A stretch of DNA of 64,000 nucleotides from Octopus sinensis (Eukaryota): contig NC_042999.1 in assembly GCF_006345805.1 (NCBI RefSeq), forward strand, positions 26,102,001-26,166,000. The letters run 5' to 3'. The position numbers were made by a program, and so were the translations under genes. Below the pieces are notes generated by a model. The model worked only from the letters and a program-made list of their open reading frames with translations. It ran no database searches and was not told where the DNA came from. This document shows positions 13,406 to 29,649 of this stretch, in pieces; the first letter of the stretch is position 1; every line of letters starts with the position of its first letter.

Positions 13406-13985
13406 GGCGGCGAGCTGGCAGAAACGTTAGCACGCCGGGCGAAACGCCTAGTGGTTTTTCGTCTGTCGCTACATTCTGAGTTCAAATTCCGCCGAGGTCG
13501 ACTTTGCCTTTCATCCTTTCGGGGTCGATTAAATAAGTACCAGTTACGCACTGGGGTCGATATAATCGACTTAATCCGTTTGTCTGTCCTTGTTTGCCAT
13601 CTCTGTGTTTAGCCCCTTGTGGGTAGTGAAGAAATTGGTATTTCGTCTGCCGTTATGTTCTGAGTTCAAATTCCGCCGAGGGGGACTTGCCTTTCATCCT
13701 TTCGTGGTCGACTAAATAATTACCAGTTACGCACTGGGGTCGATATAATCGACTGAATCCATTTTTTCTTTCCTTGTTTGTCCTCTCTATATATAGCTCC
13801 TTGTGGATAGTAAAGAAATAGGTATTTTGGCTGCCGTTACGTTGTGAGTTCAAATTCCGCCGAGGTCGACTTTACCTTTCATCCTTTAAAGGTCGATATA
13901 TTAAGTACCAGCTGAGTACTGGGGTCGACTTAATCGACTATCCTCCTCCCCCAAATTCCAATCTTTGTGCCTTATAACAGAATGG

Positions 13986-13986
<1 letters not shown>
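13406..13986 (+). mobile_element. SINE family A, tandem trimer
   Basis: Head ggcggcgagctggcagaaacgttag, B-box gagttcaaattcc and core gccgaggtcgactttgcctttcatcctttcggggtcgat are repeated three times. An (ATT)n tail follows. The core resembles the MetaSINE-type domain (from recall). Confidence 0.88.
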
Positions 13987-16267
<2,281 letters not shown>

Positions 16268-16743
16268 GTGAAAGGCAAACCCGACCTCGGCGGAATTTGA
16301 ACTCAGAACGTTAAGACTGTCGAAATACCTACTTCTTTACTGCCCACAAGGGGCTATACACAGTGGGGACAAACAAAGACAGACAAACGGATTAAGTCGA
16401 TTATATCGGCCCCAGTATGTAACTGGTACTTATTTAATCGACCACGAAACGATGAAAGGCAAAGTCGACCTCGGCGGAATTTGAACTCAGAACATAACGG
16501 CAGATGGAATACCTATTTCTTTACTACCCACAAGGGGCTAAACACAGAGAGGACAAACAAGGACAGACACATGGATTAAGTCGATTACATCGACCCCAGT
16601 GCGTAACTGGTACTTATTTAATCGACGCCGAAAGGATGAACGGCAAAGTCAACCTCGGCGGAATTTGAACTCAGAACATAACGGCAGACGAGATACCGCT
16701 TAGCATTTCGCCCGGCGTACTAGCGATTCAACCAGCTCACTGC
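16268..16743 (-). mobile_element. SINE family A, tandem multimer (two units plus a truncated third)
   Basis: Reverse complement of the 13406 array with the same junctions. It is embedded in (AAT)n tracts. Confidence 0.88.
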
Positions 16744-16768
16744 ATTAATAATAATAATAATATTAATG

Positions 16769-16887
<119 letters not shown>

Positions 16888-16908
16888 TAATAATAAAATA
16901 AAAATAAA

Positions 16909-16943
<35 letters not shown>

Positions 16944-17481
16944 TAATAATAATAATAATAATACTAATAATTTCATTTGGTTACCAAATAGTAGCAGTTG
17001 AGGAAGATATCACAAATATATTTTACAGCTTGTGCGGGGGTTTACGTAAAAGATGGAAAGGATGGCACAAGGTGTAAAATGAGATAAATAATTCCGTCAT
17101 ATACAAAATATGTGAATACGCTTATGACACGTTTCTCCAGTTACATGAAAATCTCCAGCTAACGTCAGCCAAAGGATCCCCAAGGATCCAGGTTCTCAGG
17201 CTAAATAGGTTATAATCCATCTTGTCTAGACTACGTCTTTTTTCTTCCTAAACATTATTTTACTTTACCACAATCATCCACCTTTTATCAAATTCATTGG
17301 GTAAGAACATTGCCCTCTGCACGCTTCTTTCCAAATGGAACTCGAACAAGCTGATTAATTTTCGAACGAAGCAAAGTGAATTCTTCCATGTTAATATACC
17401 ATACGCCGGTATTTACCACAGTCACTAGCCAGAAGAACACCGTCTACCTCGTCTTGTTAAATTTGGGTGTTTGGGGCAAGG

Positions 17482-18027
17482 TGCACTAAAGCAGTACCAA
17501 GCAGTGGCTGTCATGACTTCTGATCTTAGTTGATTGGCAGTGTTATCATGTATATGTTTTTTTTTCTTGATATAAAAGATGGGCTACAACAAGAGTTCTG
17601 CTCTATACCACAGGGTTACTTTTCAGTTGCTTGACCGTTACTAGTTGAGCATAGCCCTTAGTAGCTGATGATATATGCATCTCTGAACACGTGCAGGAAT
17701 AGTGAAGGCGCTTTGTAGCCATGTGTTGAGAGGAATTCTTTGAGGTTTGAATAAGTTACCACTGAAAGCATGGGTGTTTTGTTCATCTTCCTTAAACAAA
17801 CCTTATTCAGGGACCTTTTGGGCGGGAAACGCTACTAGACCTGAAGAAAATTCTAACTGGGCCCCACCTGCATGGCCTTGCGTTGTTTATCGTGATACAA
17901 GATCAACATTTTGTCATAAAGCATAGTGTACCCTTATCAGATGGGTAGTCATGATGTGTATATTGGGCTTCGTATATTTGTACCTTACTGTCACTTTCAT
18001 GGCATCATGCATTTCTCTCTCTCTTTC
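17482..18027 (+). mobile_element. Interspersed element of about 550 bp (family D) with (AAT)n tail
   Basis: Reverse complement of 41323-41877, more diverged. Ends ctctctctttc(aat)n. Confidence 0.8.
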
Positions 18028-18066
<39 letters not shown>

Positions 18067-19096
18067 TAATAATAATAATAATAATAATAATCTTTACTAC
18101 TATAGGCACAAAGCCTGAAATTTTGGAGGTAAGATCTAGTCAATTACATCATCTTCTGTACACGTTTGCTGCTTATTTCATGGACCACGAAAAATGGTGA
18201 GATTTGAGCTCCGAATGTAAAGATGATCCTGTGGTCAACTTGTCTTTAATCAGGTGATTCCTTAGAACAATTCTGACCCCCCCCCCAAAAAAAAACGTAG
18301 CAGAAGAATGACAAGAGAAAATATAATACAGATCCAGTTTTCTCTAGTATCTCTATCAACATTTGTTTCATAAATTCGTCACTAAAAAGAGGAAAAATGT
18401 AATCTGGTTCCGAAGGGGATTTGAAACCACTACATCACAGAAGATCTCTAAGCACCTGCGACTCTTTTGCTTGATTCGCTGCCGACTCTTCTATCCAGCT
18501 TTTTCGTTCAAACATAGCTTAAGACATTTAAAGACGTAGGTGAGGGAAAACTACTGAGAAAGGAAACAAGTTCTAAATGATTTTTAGGGGGGTAATTTCA
18601 TAGCAATAGGCTCTCAATCAATTATTTTTCTTATAAAATCACAGTGGAATGTAAGCATATGCTGGGCTCTGATTGTGGATTGCTTAAAATAAAAGTCGAA
18701 GTAATTCCAGTTAGTTTTCCAAAAATATAGGGAAACTATAATTTTTTCTTACTTAATGTACATTTCCATGTGTGTGTGTATGTGTTTGTGTGCGCGTGTG
18801 TGAGTGTGTGTTCGCGCGTTCGTGCGTGTGTGTGAGTACATTTATGCGTGTGCGTTTGTGTGTGTGCGCTTGTGTGCCTGCGCATTTTTGTGTGTGTATG
18901 TATTTATTCATCTATCAGTCATCCTTCAATCTCTCGCATCTTTCTCTCTCTCTGTCTTTCTTTCTTTCGGACACACACACACACACACACACATACACAT
19001 CTATATGAACAAAGACGTATATCTATCTATCTATCTGTCTGTCTAAAGATATTGTATATGTATTTATTTAAATATATAAACAAATGAATATATATA

Positions 19097-19184
<88 letters not shown>

Positions 19185-22100
19185 ATATATATATGCATAT
19201 ACGTACATACCTGCATACATACATGCATAGATACTTATGCGAGGGCAACAAACATATGCGTATACATACTAAAGTTTTAAGAGTAACCTTAAAAGACTAT
19301 TACAGATAATTTAATATAAATAAGGAAGCACATTAGTCCACAGAACCACGTTAGAGGTTTTATTTAAAAAAAAACTGAACCTTATAAAGACAGTATGGTA
19401 TTAGGTGACAGTCATACTTTTCAGGAGTGGGTGCAATACTAACTTAAATTGTAAGAATCTAACAGCAAAACGATGATTTTTCACTATGACATTACTGAAT
19501 CTTCTCAAATACTAGTTCAGGACGGAATAAAGGTTGTGAAACATAATTCTAAGTAAAGGATATTATATGTTATTCTGTATAACAACAACAACAGTAAGGT
19601 TTTAAGTGGATTTAGCGGTGGTCTATCTGTTGTAAACATTGAAGACAGGTCACCCGTTTTGGATGATATAGCGCCCTTTCTCACAAAGTCTCGGAGGAAC
19701 TGAGAAGACCGTATAGGCACTGCTCTTTCCCCTCAGGTCAAACATTTAACGAAGCAAAACTACTCTAGTACCAATTAGTACATGTTAGTGGCAGCACTGA
19801 AATCAACGACTCCCAAAGTCTTTCGGCAATACTATTAATAAGATCCAGGTTTTCCATTGGAGAGCGTTTATATAAGGACAAGGAGTAAACTATCCTAGCA
19901 TTTTATTGCTGGTTTTGTTTTATGAACCCCTGGAATATACTGGTGTAATACTATATGTTGCAATGCAGTTAGACCCAATCTCTACAGCCTGTGTTAACTG
20001 GCTCGATTGCTATTATTTTATCACTAAAAATTAAGCTCCCTACATATCTAATATTACCAAACGATATACAGTGGAACATTAAACTTGTGCCAAATCAAAT
20101 TCGGGAACGTATTGCTCTTTCCTTTTACCTGGAGAAGTACATTTCAATGTATCGAAACCGCAACTCTCACTTTATAGTATATAGATGAATAGATGAAAAG
20201 ATTAATATGCAGTTACAGTAGCACAATCAAGCAACCAAAGAGTTTTGTTTTTAGTTGTTTGCTTGATGAACTAGAAACACCAGCAAATGTCCCCCAAACC
20301 ACGCCTCACTCTCTTCAAAAATCAAAAAGAAAGACATGATAAAATGTTCCGTAAAAAATGCTGAGATGCTCGTTGTAAGAAGGTTTTCATTATAAGTGTT
20401 CTCAGTGAAGCCTGATTAGGGGCTGAAAATCCACAACAAAACTATCAACGGCAAAACAACAACAACAACAACAAAAGCAACAATAAGGGAAGTGAGAAAG
20501 ACGTTGTAGAGAAATATAGAGAAGAAATAACTTACGGGTTTTGTCGAAAGAGGCGTCACCAATCCGTCTATGTTTAGCTTTAACCAGCTCTGGTTTAGTA
20601 ACAAGTATTTAGTCCTCTGTAATTGCAATTAGCTGGGTTTCGAATCTAAGTTCATTGTAGATTTTAGGTAACAAATATATATACACAGTCACACGCACAG
20701 AGAAAACTCTTGTTTCGGAAACGTCATACGAGGTATATTAAAAGGAGGAAAAATATAAAGAATTTTATAAAGAATACTCATGGAAATAAGATGTCTTATG
20801 ATATAGAACATAAAACTTGGAAATATACCCACCCTCAAAAAAAAAAAATGTAAAATTATTTTTGTTTTAGAAATAACATATTTTAACCATTAGAATTCTT
20901 GTTATTTTTTGTCTGTTTTTAGATTCTCAGAATTCATTTTTTCTGCTTGGCCACTGCTCCTTGCTGTACATGGACGTGTGTATAGATACATTGTACTGTT
21001 ACTAACCAAAATATACATATATGTACTCAAGTGTGTATATTTGCGTCTCTAGAGGTGAATGTGCGCGCGTGCATTTGGCTATATACATAAACAAGAATTA
21101 TTATATCCTTTCACTTTGGTGCAATTTAATACATTTATAAGAATATTCATGATAATCCTTTGAGGTATATGAGTGCAATTTTATGCATATGTGTATGTGC
21201 ATATATATATATATATATATGTTTGTGTATTATATACGTGTTGTGAGTGTGCAGGGGTTAGTTTTCGGTATATGTGTGCCTTTAACAATTATTATGCACA
21301 AACACATTAAACAAGGCTATTTGTGCATCGTCGCTTATTTCAAAATGAGATTTTCATCTATTCACACACACGCACTCGTACACGCACACACGCACGCGAG
21401 CGTCGACATCCTTAGTATGGAAAGGATGAAGACTATGATGGTAATGATGGCGGTAATGACGAAGGTGACGATGGCGGCGGTACCGGTGCTGGTGGTGATG
21501 GTGGTGGTGGTGGTGGTGGATGTATTTGTGAAGATGATGGTGACAGTAATGATGTGTATCGCGTATTGTGTCTCCGAGTATGTCTATGAACCTGTGTGGT
21601 TTTTGCGCATTTGCATGGGTGTATATGCGCGTATGTATGTATGTGTGCGTGACTACGCGGTTTTTGTATGATCTGATGCAGTATTATGCATAAATGTGTT
21701 TATAACCATGCGTGTGTGCGAGCATGTGTGAGCGTGTGTGAGAGTGTGTGTGAGTGTGCGTCGAGGTGTGAGTATGTGATTGTGTGTGTGTGTGTATGTC
21801 TAAACACCTATTAGCAAATTCAAGTTTTCTGTCATCCAAACACTATTCTATGCAATATTGTTTTGTTGTTGTTGTTAACGTAGTGGTTGATACCATCATC
21901 ATTATCGGCATCATTTCCATCATCTTTATCTCCTGAGAAAGTTGTTATTTCTTAATATTGTTGCTGTTATTATTATTATACGTAATTTCTTTTCTTAAAT
22001 GATATTAAGTTCACGCACGCTTATTATTTTTTTTCCTTTCTTACTCACATAAGATTGTGTTGCTAGAATTATTATTAGTAAAATTAGCAATTTTTTGGTA

Positions 22101-22465
22101 TTAGTAGTAGTAGTAGTTGTGAATCGTTTATAATTGTCGTTTGTACACGGTTATTAAAATCATGCAGATATACATTCGTGTGAGTGGTTATATGTTTCTA
22201 TCTTTATATATGTATATATGTATATATATGCGTGTGTGTGTGTGTGTGTGTGTGTGTTCTTTCCTTGTTTCCGTTTAAATATCAAGGATACGTTACTATA
22301 TAAGATTACGTATCATCACGTATCTCGTTCAAACTTCATGTGTTTGCTCCGGCGAACTTTTCTCATGATTGAAGGTAAAATTCCCAACATGGTCCTTCCG
22401 CTTGCAGTTTGGATTCGGATGAAGAGGCAAAAAAGTACGCATATATGCGTGCGTGTGTGTGTCTG

Positions 22466-22515
<50 letters not shown>

Positions 22516-22550
22516 TTGTGTATGTATATATGTGAATGTTTGTTTGTTTG

Positions 22551-22600
<50 letters not shown>

Positions 22601-23038
22601 TGTGTAAAAACAGTCCGACACCCACAACAGGTGAGGTTTTTCGCTCAACGTTGCATGTTCACATCTTTGCAGGAGACGAGGAGGCCGCTTTGTAACAACG
22701 TGTAGTTCTCTTTCCGTACCAACACTCACATACGTACGTACACACACACACTCTCACACGCACACGCACACACACACACACACGCACACACACACACACA
22801 CACAGAGAAACGGATTTCTCTATACTTTGTTTCACAACTCGATCCCTCTCTGCCTCTCTTTCTCTCTCACGCCTCACTTGCTTTTTTTTTTTTATCTGTC
22901 CCTCTTCTTCTCTCACATACGTACATGTGCGCACACGCTGTTTATCATCGCTCCCCACAGGTTGTGTAGTTGTTAGGTTCGATGCGTGTTGTTGGTGTGT
23001 GTGTCAGTAAGCAACGTAAATTGTGAGGTATATATATG

Positions 23039-23124
<86 letters not shown>

Positions 23125-23339
23125 ATATATATGTATGTTATGTATGTATATTTGTGTGTGTGTGTGCGTAGTGTTTGTGTGTGTGTGTGGATGTTATTGC
23201 ATGTGTGTGTGTGTGTTTGGAGGGAGCTGCTGTTGCTACTGTTACGGCAGCAGCATCTACCGTTGCTACTGCAACTCCTACTGCCGCCGCTACTGTTGTT
23301 CTTCTTGTTGTTCTTCCCTCTGTTGCAGCGAGATACGAC

Positions 23340-23647
23340 TGCTGTGACAGCTCCGACTACCACAACAACAACCACAACCACAACTACTACTACTACTACT
23401 ACTACTACCACAACAACCACAACAAGCACAACTACTATTAATACTACCACAACAACCACAACAAGCACACCTACTACTACCACAACAACCACAACTACTA
23501 CTAATACTACTACTAATACTACTACTACTACTGCTGCTGTTGCTACTACTACTACTACTACTACCACTACTACTATTACCACAACAACCACAACAACCAC
23601 AACTACTACTACTAATACTACTACTACTACTACTGCTGCTGCTGTTG

Positions 23648-23680
<33 letters not shown>

Positions 23681-23900
23681 TCACTACTACTACTAATACT
23701 ACTGCTGCTGCTGCACCTAAAGCAACAACAACAACAACAAAAAATAACTTGGAATGCTACAACAACCAGTAACAACTACAACTATACCTACCACTGCACT
23801 ACAAGTATAACAACCACGATATCTCAAAATATAGCCACTACTACTACTACTACTACTACTTCTACAACTACTACAACTACTACTACTACTACTACTACTA
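23340..23900. repeat. Compound (ACT)/(ACA)/(GCT) trinucleotide region
   Basis: Read directly. It is the source of the poly-T/V/S ORFs. Confidence 0.95.
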
Positions 23901-24567
23901 TTATAGCAATGGTAGTTGTTTTGTTGTGTTGTTGATTTACAGAAGACCCATGGTCTCATGGTGTGACGACTTTATTTGGTCGCTTGTCTAGCTAGAAATA
24001 GCAGTCAAATACCTCCCATATTAGAGCTCACTGACTTAAAGGAAAAAGAAAGGAGTTATTAGATACTAAGCTTAAGCTACACACACTCACTTGTTCTCTG
24101 TACATATATATATATATACATACATAAATGGGTGATGGGCAAGGCTGGAACTACGGTGCGATGCATGATAACCTCGGGTTAATAAACAACATTAGCATTT
24201 AGTCTGACTGAAGAGCGAGCGCCGAAAGCAGCTGAGCCATCTCTCGAAGTGCTAGAAATAGCACTCAATATTCATATCAGTCGAATAACAACAACCACAG
24301 CAACAGCAACAGCAACAGCAACAAAACAAGAATAATTAAAATACTGGGGGGAGGGGGATAAGTGGTTTACACCGGTTCCACTGTTCAACTGGGACTTAAT
24401 TTATCGAACTTGAAAGCATGAAAGGCAAAGTCTAATTCTGCTAAGGTCAACTTTCACTTTCGTCCTTTCCCGGTCGATAAATTAAGTACCAGTGTACAAC
24501 TAGGGTCAATGTAATCTATTGTTCCCCTCTCACCAAAATTTCAGGCATTGTGCATTTCGTAGAAAGG

Positions 24568-24624
<57 letters not shown>

Positions 24625-24908
24625 GTTATTATTCTTATTATTCTTATTCTTCTTCTTCTTCTTCTTATTATTATTATTATTATTATTATTAGGCGTGAGC
24701 TGGCAGAGTCGCTACCGCGCCGGGCGAAATGCTTTAGCTGTTTTTCGTCCGTCTTTACGTTTTTGAGTTCAGAATCTGCCTTTTTAACCTTTCGTGCATG
24801 ATTAAATATGTAGAAGATCAGCAGTGGGATCGATGTAATCGATTATCCCCTTCTTCGACATTCAGGCCTTGTGTCTATAGTATAAAGGGTTATTATTATC
24901 ATTACTAA

Positions 24909-25266
24909 GGCGGCGAGCTGGCAGAATCGTTAGCACGCCGGGCGAAATGCTGAACAGTATTTCGTCTGCCGCTACGTTCTGAGTTCAAATTCCGCCGAGG
25001 TCGACTTTGCCTTTCATCATTTCGGCGTCGATTAAATAAGTACCAGTTACGCACTGGTGTCGATATAATCGACTTAATTCGTTTGTCTGTGTTTAGCTCC
25101 TTGTGGGTAGGAAAGAAATATGTATTTCTTCTGCCGCTACGTTCTGAGTTCAAATTCTGCCGAGGTCGACTTTTCCTTTCATCCTTTCGGAGTCGATAAA
25201 TTAAGTACCTGTTGCATACTAAAGTCGATCTAATCGACAGCCCCCTCCCCCTCTCGAATAGAAAAG

Positions 25267-25268
<2 letters not shown>
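24909..25268 (+). mobile_element. SINE family A, tandem dimer
   Basis: Head at 24909, junction aaagaaata|tgtatttc at 25120, (ATT)n tail. Further degenerate copies lie at 24690-24900 and 25335-25485. Confidence 0.85.
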
Positions 25269-25311
<43 letters not shown>

Positions 25312-25951
25312 ATTATTATTATTATTATTATAAAGCGGCGAGCTAGCAGAATCACTACCGCCCCGGGCAAAATGCTTAGCGTTATTTCGTCTGCTGCTAC
25401 AGACTTAGTTCAAATGCCGCCGGGGTCAACTTTGTCTTTCCTCCTTTCGGGGTCGATTAAACAAGAACCAATTGCGCACTTTGGTCATGTCCCTTCCTCT
25501 AAATTTAAGGCCTCGTACTTCAAGTAGAAAGGATTATTATTATTATTAGTAGTAGTAGTAGTATTCCGCAGATATGGTGCTGTTTCTAGCACATCAAGAG
25601 ACGGTTCAGTGGCTTTCGGCGCTCTTTCTTCAGCCGTACTTGATTTTATTGTTGTTTTTTTAACACCAGCAATAGGACCTTGTATAATAGAACCAGGATT
25701 TGATAACAGTTTTGCTTTATGAAAGCTAATCAAGTGGTAGAACCAAGAGAACGACGACGGATTCAGCAAATACTATTCAATTTTCGAGGTCAATCAGAGT
25801 TCACACATTGCTTATCGTTGCTGTCGGAATCGATGGTGCGTCGGAAAAATGCTCACAATACTTTCTCCGACTCTTTATATCCTGAGTTCAAATTACACCA
25901 AGGTCGACTTTGGGAAGTATCAGCTGAGTTCCCTAAATTTACTGCCGTTAT

Positions 25952-26365
25952 GCCGGCAAGCTGGCAGAAAGGTTAGCACGCCGGGCGAAATGCTTTGCGG
26001 TATTTCGTCTGCCGCTACGTTCTGAGTTCAAATTCCGCCGAGGTCGACTTTGCCTTTCACCCATTCGGGGTCGATTAAATAAGTACCAGTTACGCACTGG
26101 GGTCGATATAATCGACTTAAACCCTTTGTCTGTCCTGCTTTGTCCCCTCTGTGTTTAGCCCCTTGTGGGTAGTAAAGAAATAGGTATTTCGTCTGCCGTT
26201 ACGTTCTGAGTTCATATTCCGCCGAGGTCGACTTTGCCTTTTATCCTTTCGGAGTCGATTAAATAAGTACCAGTGACGCACTGGGGTCGATCTAATCGAC
26301 TTAATCCCTTTGTCTGTCCTTGTTTGTCCCATCTATGTTTAGCCCCTTGTGGGCAATAAAGAAAA
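25952..26365 (+). mobile_element. SINE family A, tandem dimer
   Basis: Junction aaagaaata|ggtatttcg at 26182. The two core-plus-tail units are nearly identical. Confidence 0.88.
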
Positions 26366-26480
26366 AAAAAATTAAACCATTGCTATGATCCTCGTTGTTG
26401 TTGCTGTTATTAAAATTATTTTAACTACTACACTACTACTGCTACTGCTACTACTACTACCACTACTACTACTACTACTT

Positions 26481-26514
<34 letters not shown>

Positions 26515-26539
26515 ACCACCACCACCACCACCACCACCG

Positions 26540-26585
<46 letters not shown>

Positions 26586-26829
26586 ATTTTGACCGCTATC
26601 GAACTCCTATCAGTGATGAGAAATTTAGGCTAGCCGATAATATCGAATCCTGAAAAATTCATATCACAAGTGTGCGTAAGAGCAGTCGGCCGGGACAAGA
26701 TTTGAACCCAGAGCATAAACGGTCGGATCTACCACAGCAAAGTATTTTTTTGATCCCAAAACGTCAAGTTGCTGATTTACTCCACGATATTATTAACGGA
26801 ATAGATAAGGTATTCGTCATTGGTATTAT

Positions 26830-26909
<80 letters not shown>

Positions 26910-27104
26910 GTAGTAGTAGTAATAGGAGGGGATGAGGAAGGGGTGGAGGCGGTGGAGTTGATGGCAGCTGTCATCGTGGAGTGATGGTGAGCTGGTGGTG
27001 GTGGTCCTACTGCTTTTGTTGTGTGGTTTAGTATGTTCGGAGTTAAAGTTGTGCGATGCAGTATAGTTTTCTACAAGCTGAGCGACCTGTATGTACATAT
27101 GTGT

Positions 27105-27169
<65 letters not shown>

Positions 27170-27321
27170 TTTGTGTGTGTATACCTATATATATATAGGT
27201 ATACACACACACACACACACATTATATATATATTATATATACATACATATATATGTGTGTGTGTATACGTGTGTGAATATGTATATATATTATCTATCTA
27301 TCTACCTATATATACTTAAAC

Positions 27322-27352
<31 letters not shown>

Positions 27353-27650
27353 ATGCACACACATATATATATATGCATATATGTGTGGAGTGTATGTGTG
27401 TGAGCGCGCGCACGTGTGTGCATGTGTATAAAAAAACAGAAAACAGTGAGAAAGCGAGTATGACTGGTTCCTGCATTCCAGTTTCTGCCTATCTACCGTA
27501 TGTATTACTACATTTATCGATCTATCTAATTTTCTACCTATTACTCCCTAGCCTATATATCGATTTACAAATCTCCCCTTTCGCAACGTAAGCTTTCATC
27601 AATACATGAATACACACACACACAAACACACACAAACACAAACACACACA

Positions 27651-27691
<41 letters not shown>

Positions 27692-28082
27692 CTAACATGC
27701 ACTGTTACGTACTCTTGCCTGTGTGTGTGTATGTGCGTGTGTTTGTATATTTGCATAGTAGTATAGCTCCACGTTTGTGTGCATGTCAAAGTATAACTCT
27801 ATGTATATATTAATCTATATATTAATGACAGAAACATTTATGGATATAGTATTTCATGCCTGCTTGTTAGAAAGAGTAAATATCTCTGATGCACGATAAT
27901 TATGTTTTTTTCCTTCTAATTTTTTCTTTTTTGTTGTTGCTAGTAACGTTTTTATTTGCTTTGTAGATCTGTGGAAATTCTACCGGTGAGTGTTTTAAAT
28001 TATAAAGTATTAAAAGAGAATGACTCTCCCCAGACGCAACAGAATATATGTATGTACATATATATCTATATATTATATTTAT

Positions 28083-28389
28083 GCGCCCTTTTCCAGCTTA
28101 GCCAGACTCATGGGCCCAGTTTCCCGGTTTCTGTTGCGTATGTGCCCCCCCCCCTCAGCTGGACGGGACGCTAGTCCATCGCAGCGTTACTCAAGAAACA
28201 AGCAGAAAGAGTGAGAGGAAGTTGGGGCGAAAGAGTACAACAGAGGGCGCCACTACCCCGTGCTGGAGCCTGGTGGAGCTTTAGGTGTTTTCGCTCAATT
28301 AACACACACAACGCCCGGTCTGGGAATCGAAACCGTGATCCTCCGACCGTGAGTCCGCTACCCTAACCACTGGGCCATTGCGACTCCAC
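28083..28389 (-). mobile_element. tRNA-derived SINE family E
   Basis: Reverse complement reads gtggagtcgcaaTGGCCCAGTGGttagggtagcggactcacggtcggaggatcacGGTTTCGATTCCcag, giving A and B boxes. Confidence 0.85.
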
Positions 28390-28706
28390 ACACACACACA
28401 CGCGCACACACACTCACACACATAATATATATGTTCTTTCTACTAAAGACACAAGCCCTGAAAGTTGTGGGGAGAGGAGTACTCGATTACATCGCCCCCA
28501 GTGTTTCACATGTACTTAATATATCGATATTTTTATTTGTAAAATATACAAATAAATAAAGAAGGCTATCAGAATAATACCAGTTGCTAGAAAGAGGAGC
28601 TAACACTCCAAAACCATACATTCCTCACTTTTAATAAATACATACGGTGAATGCATCGAATATAATAAAATAGGCTTATCTTGTATAAACTATAAAGCAA
28701 GGAAAC

Positions 28707-28825
28707 GATATCTTGGTGTCAATTGATTTCACCTTTTTGCGCCTTTGTACTCAATGATCTTGAACCTGGCTGACGAACCTTGAGTACGAAGGTAAAAAGG
28801 TGAAATCGCTTGATACCGAGATATC
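28707..28825. repeat. Short imperfect inverted repeat (arms about 46 bp, loop 25 bp)
   Basis: gatatcttggtgtcaattgatttcaccttttt..gtactcaa pairs with ttgagtac..aaaaaggtgaaatcgcttgataccgagatatc. Confidence 0.8.
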
Positions 28826-28967
28826 TGTATCTTGCTTTGTAGTTTCTACAATTTAAGCCGGTTTTATTATATTCATTGCAATCACCGTGCGTATTTATTA
28901 ATAGCGAAAACTTTGTTTTGGTGTGTTCGCTCCCCTTTCTAGCAAGTGATATTTTTCTGACACCCAA

Positions 28968-29019
<52 letters not shown>

Positions 29020-29020
<1 letters not shown>

Positions 29021-29574
29021 TGTGGCTGCCCTCTCGTTATCGAGTATGGCCATTGCACGAAGCTTAATCAATGTTGTTATCGTGCAATGTCTGTGCAAGA
29101 AATTTTTTTTTAAAGTGAGGAAAGGCTGTGCACTGAGTCAATCCCACTCACTAAGCAACAACAGCCATAATCCAAAAAGAAGAACACGAGTCAACATCAT
29201 CGGTAACCACTGAGCCGCAGGTTTTATGTCGGAGATATCCCAGTTACCTGAGTTACCATCTCTTAGAAGGATGCCCTAACAGAGGCTTAGTGTCCTTCAC
29301 TCCCAATGGTTTAACCGCGCGATCGGATATTCAGTCCGATTATTTCTATGTCCCCGCGCATAATACAGCCTTAAGACATTTATTGGATGGCCGTTGACCC
29401 TCAAAAGTTCCTCCGTCCTTTGACGGGTTTTGTTTTTCATCCCGCAGGGTGTCCAATAAACACCCTCCTCACCAAGCAAGCTTGGTGGGGTTGCCGGTTT
29501 AGTCGCCGACGACCCGACCATGCAACAGGTTGTACTGGGTTACATGTTACCAGTAGCACTCGAAAGTGACTGAC
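29020..29574. mobile_element. Interspersed element of about 555 bp (family C), copy 2
   Basis: Homologous to 10121-10674 with the same boundaries (..acat|..gtggctgcc and tgac|ata). Confidence 0.85.
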
Positions 29575-29580
29575 ATATAT

Positions 29581-29628
<48 letters not shown>

Positions 29629-29649
29629 TATACACAGACATATATGCTT

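Noticed and set aside
13158-13430. 90 aa ORF with a possible acceptor at about 13211
   Set aside because: No recognisable motif, and it runs into a SINE head.
13406-13986. Regularly spaced repeats suggestive of a CRISPR array or satellite
   Set aside because: The units are whole SINE bodies of about 180 bp without unique spacers, in eukaryotic context and with no cas genes.
20727-20836. Possible mariner-type MITE (tacgagg..ccctc)
   Set aside because: The terminal repeats are too short and mismatched to support the call.
23004-23935. Mucin-like poly-Thr ORF (23023-23772) and overlapping poly-V/S ORFs
   Set aside because: Multiple frames on both strands are open because of the trinucleotide repeat, and the ORF start lies in a TA tract.
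24203-25640. About 70 bp inverted match (24203-24270 and 25573-25640) containing CTGAAGA..GAAA
   Set aside because: No foldable stem II, stem III or cleavage triplet; most likely two old SINE fragments.
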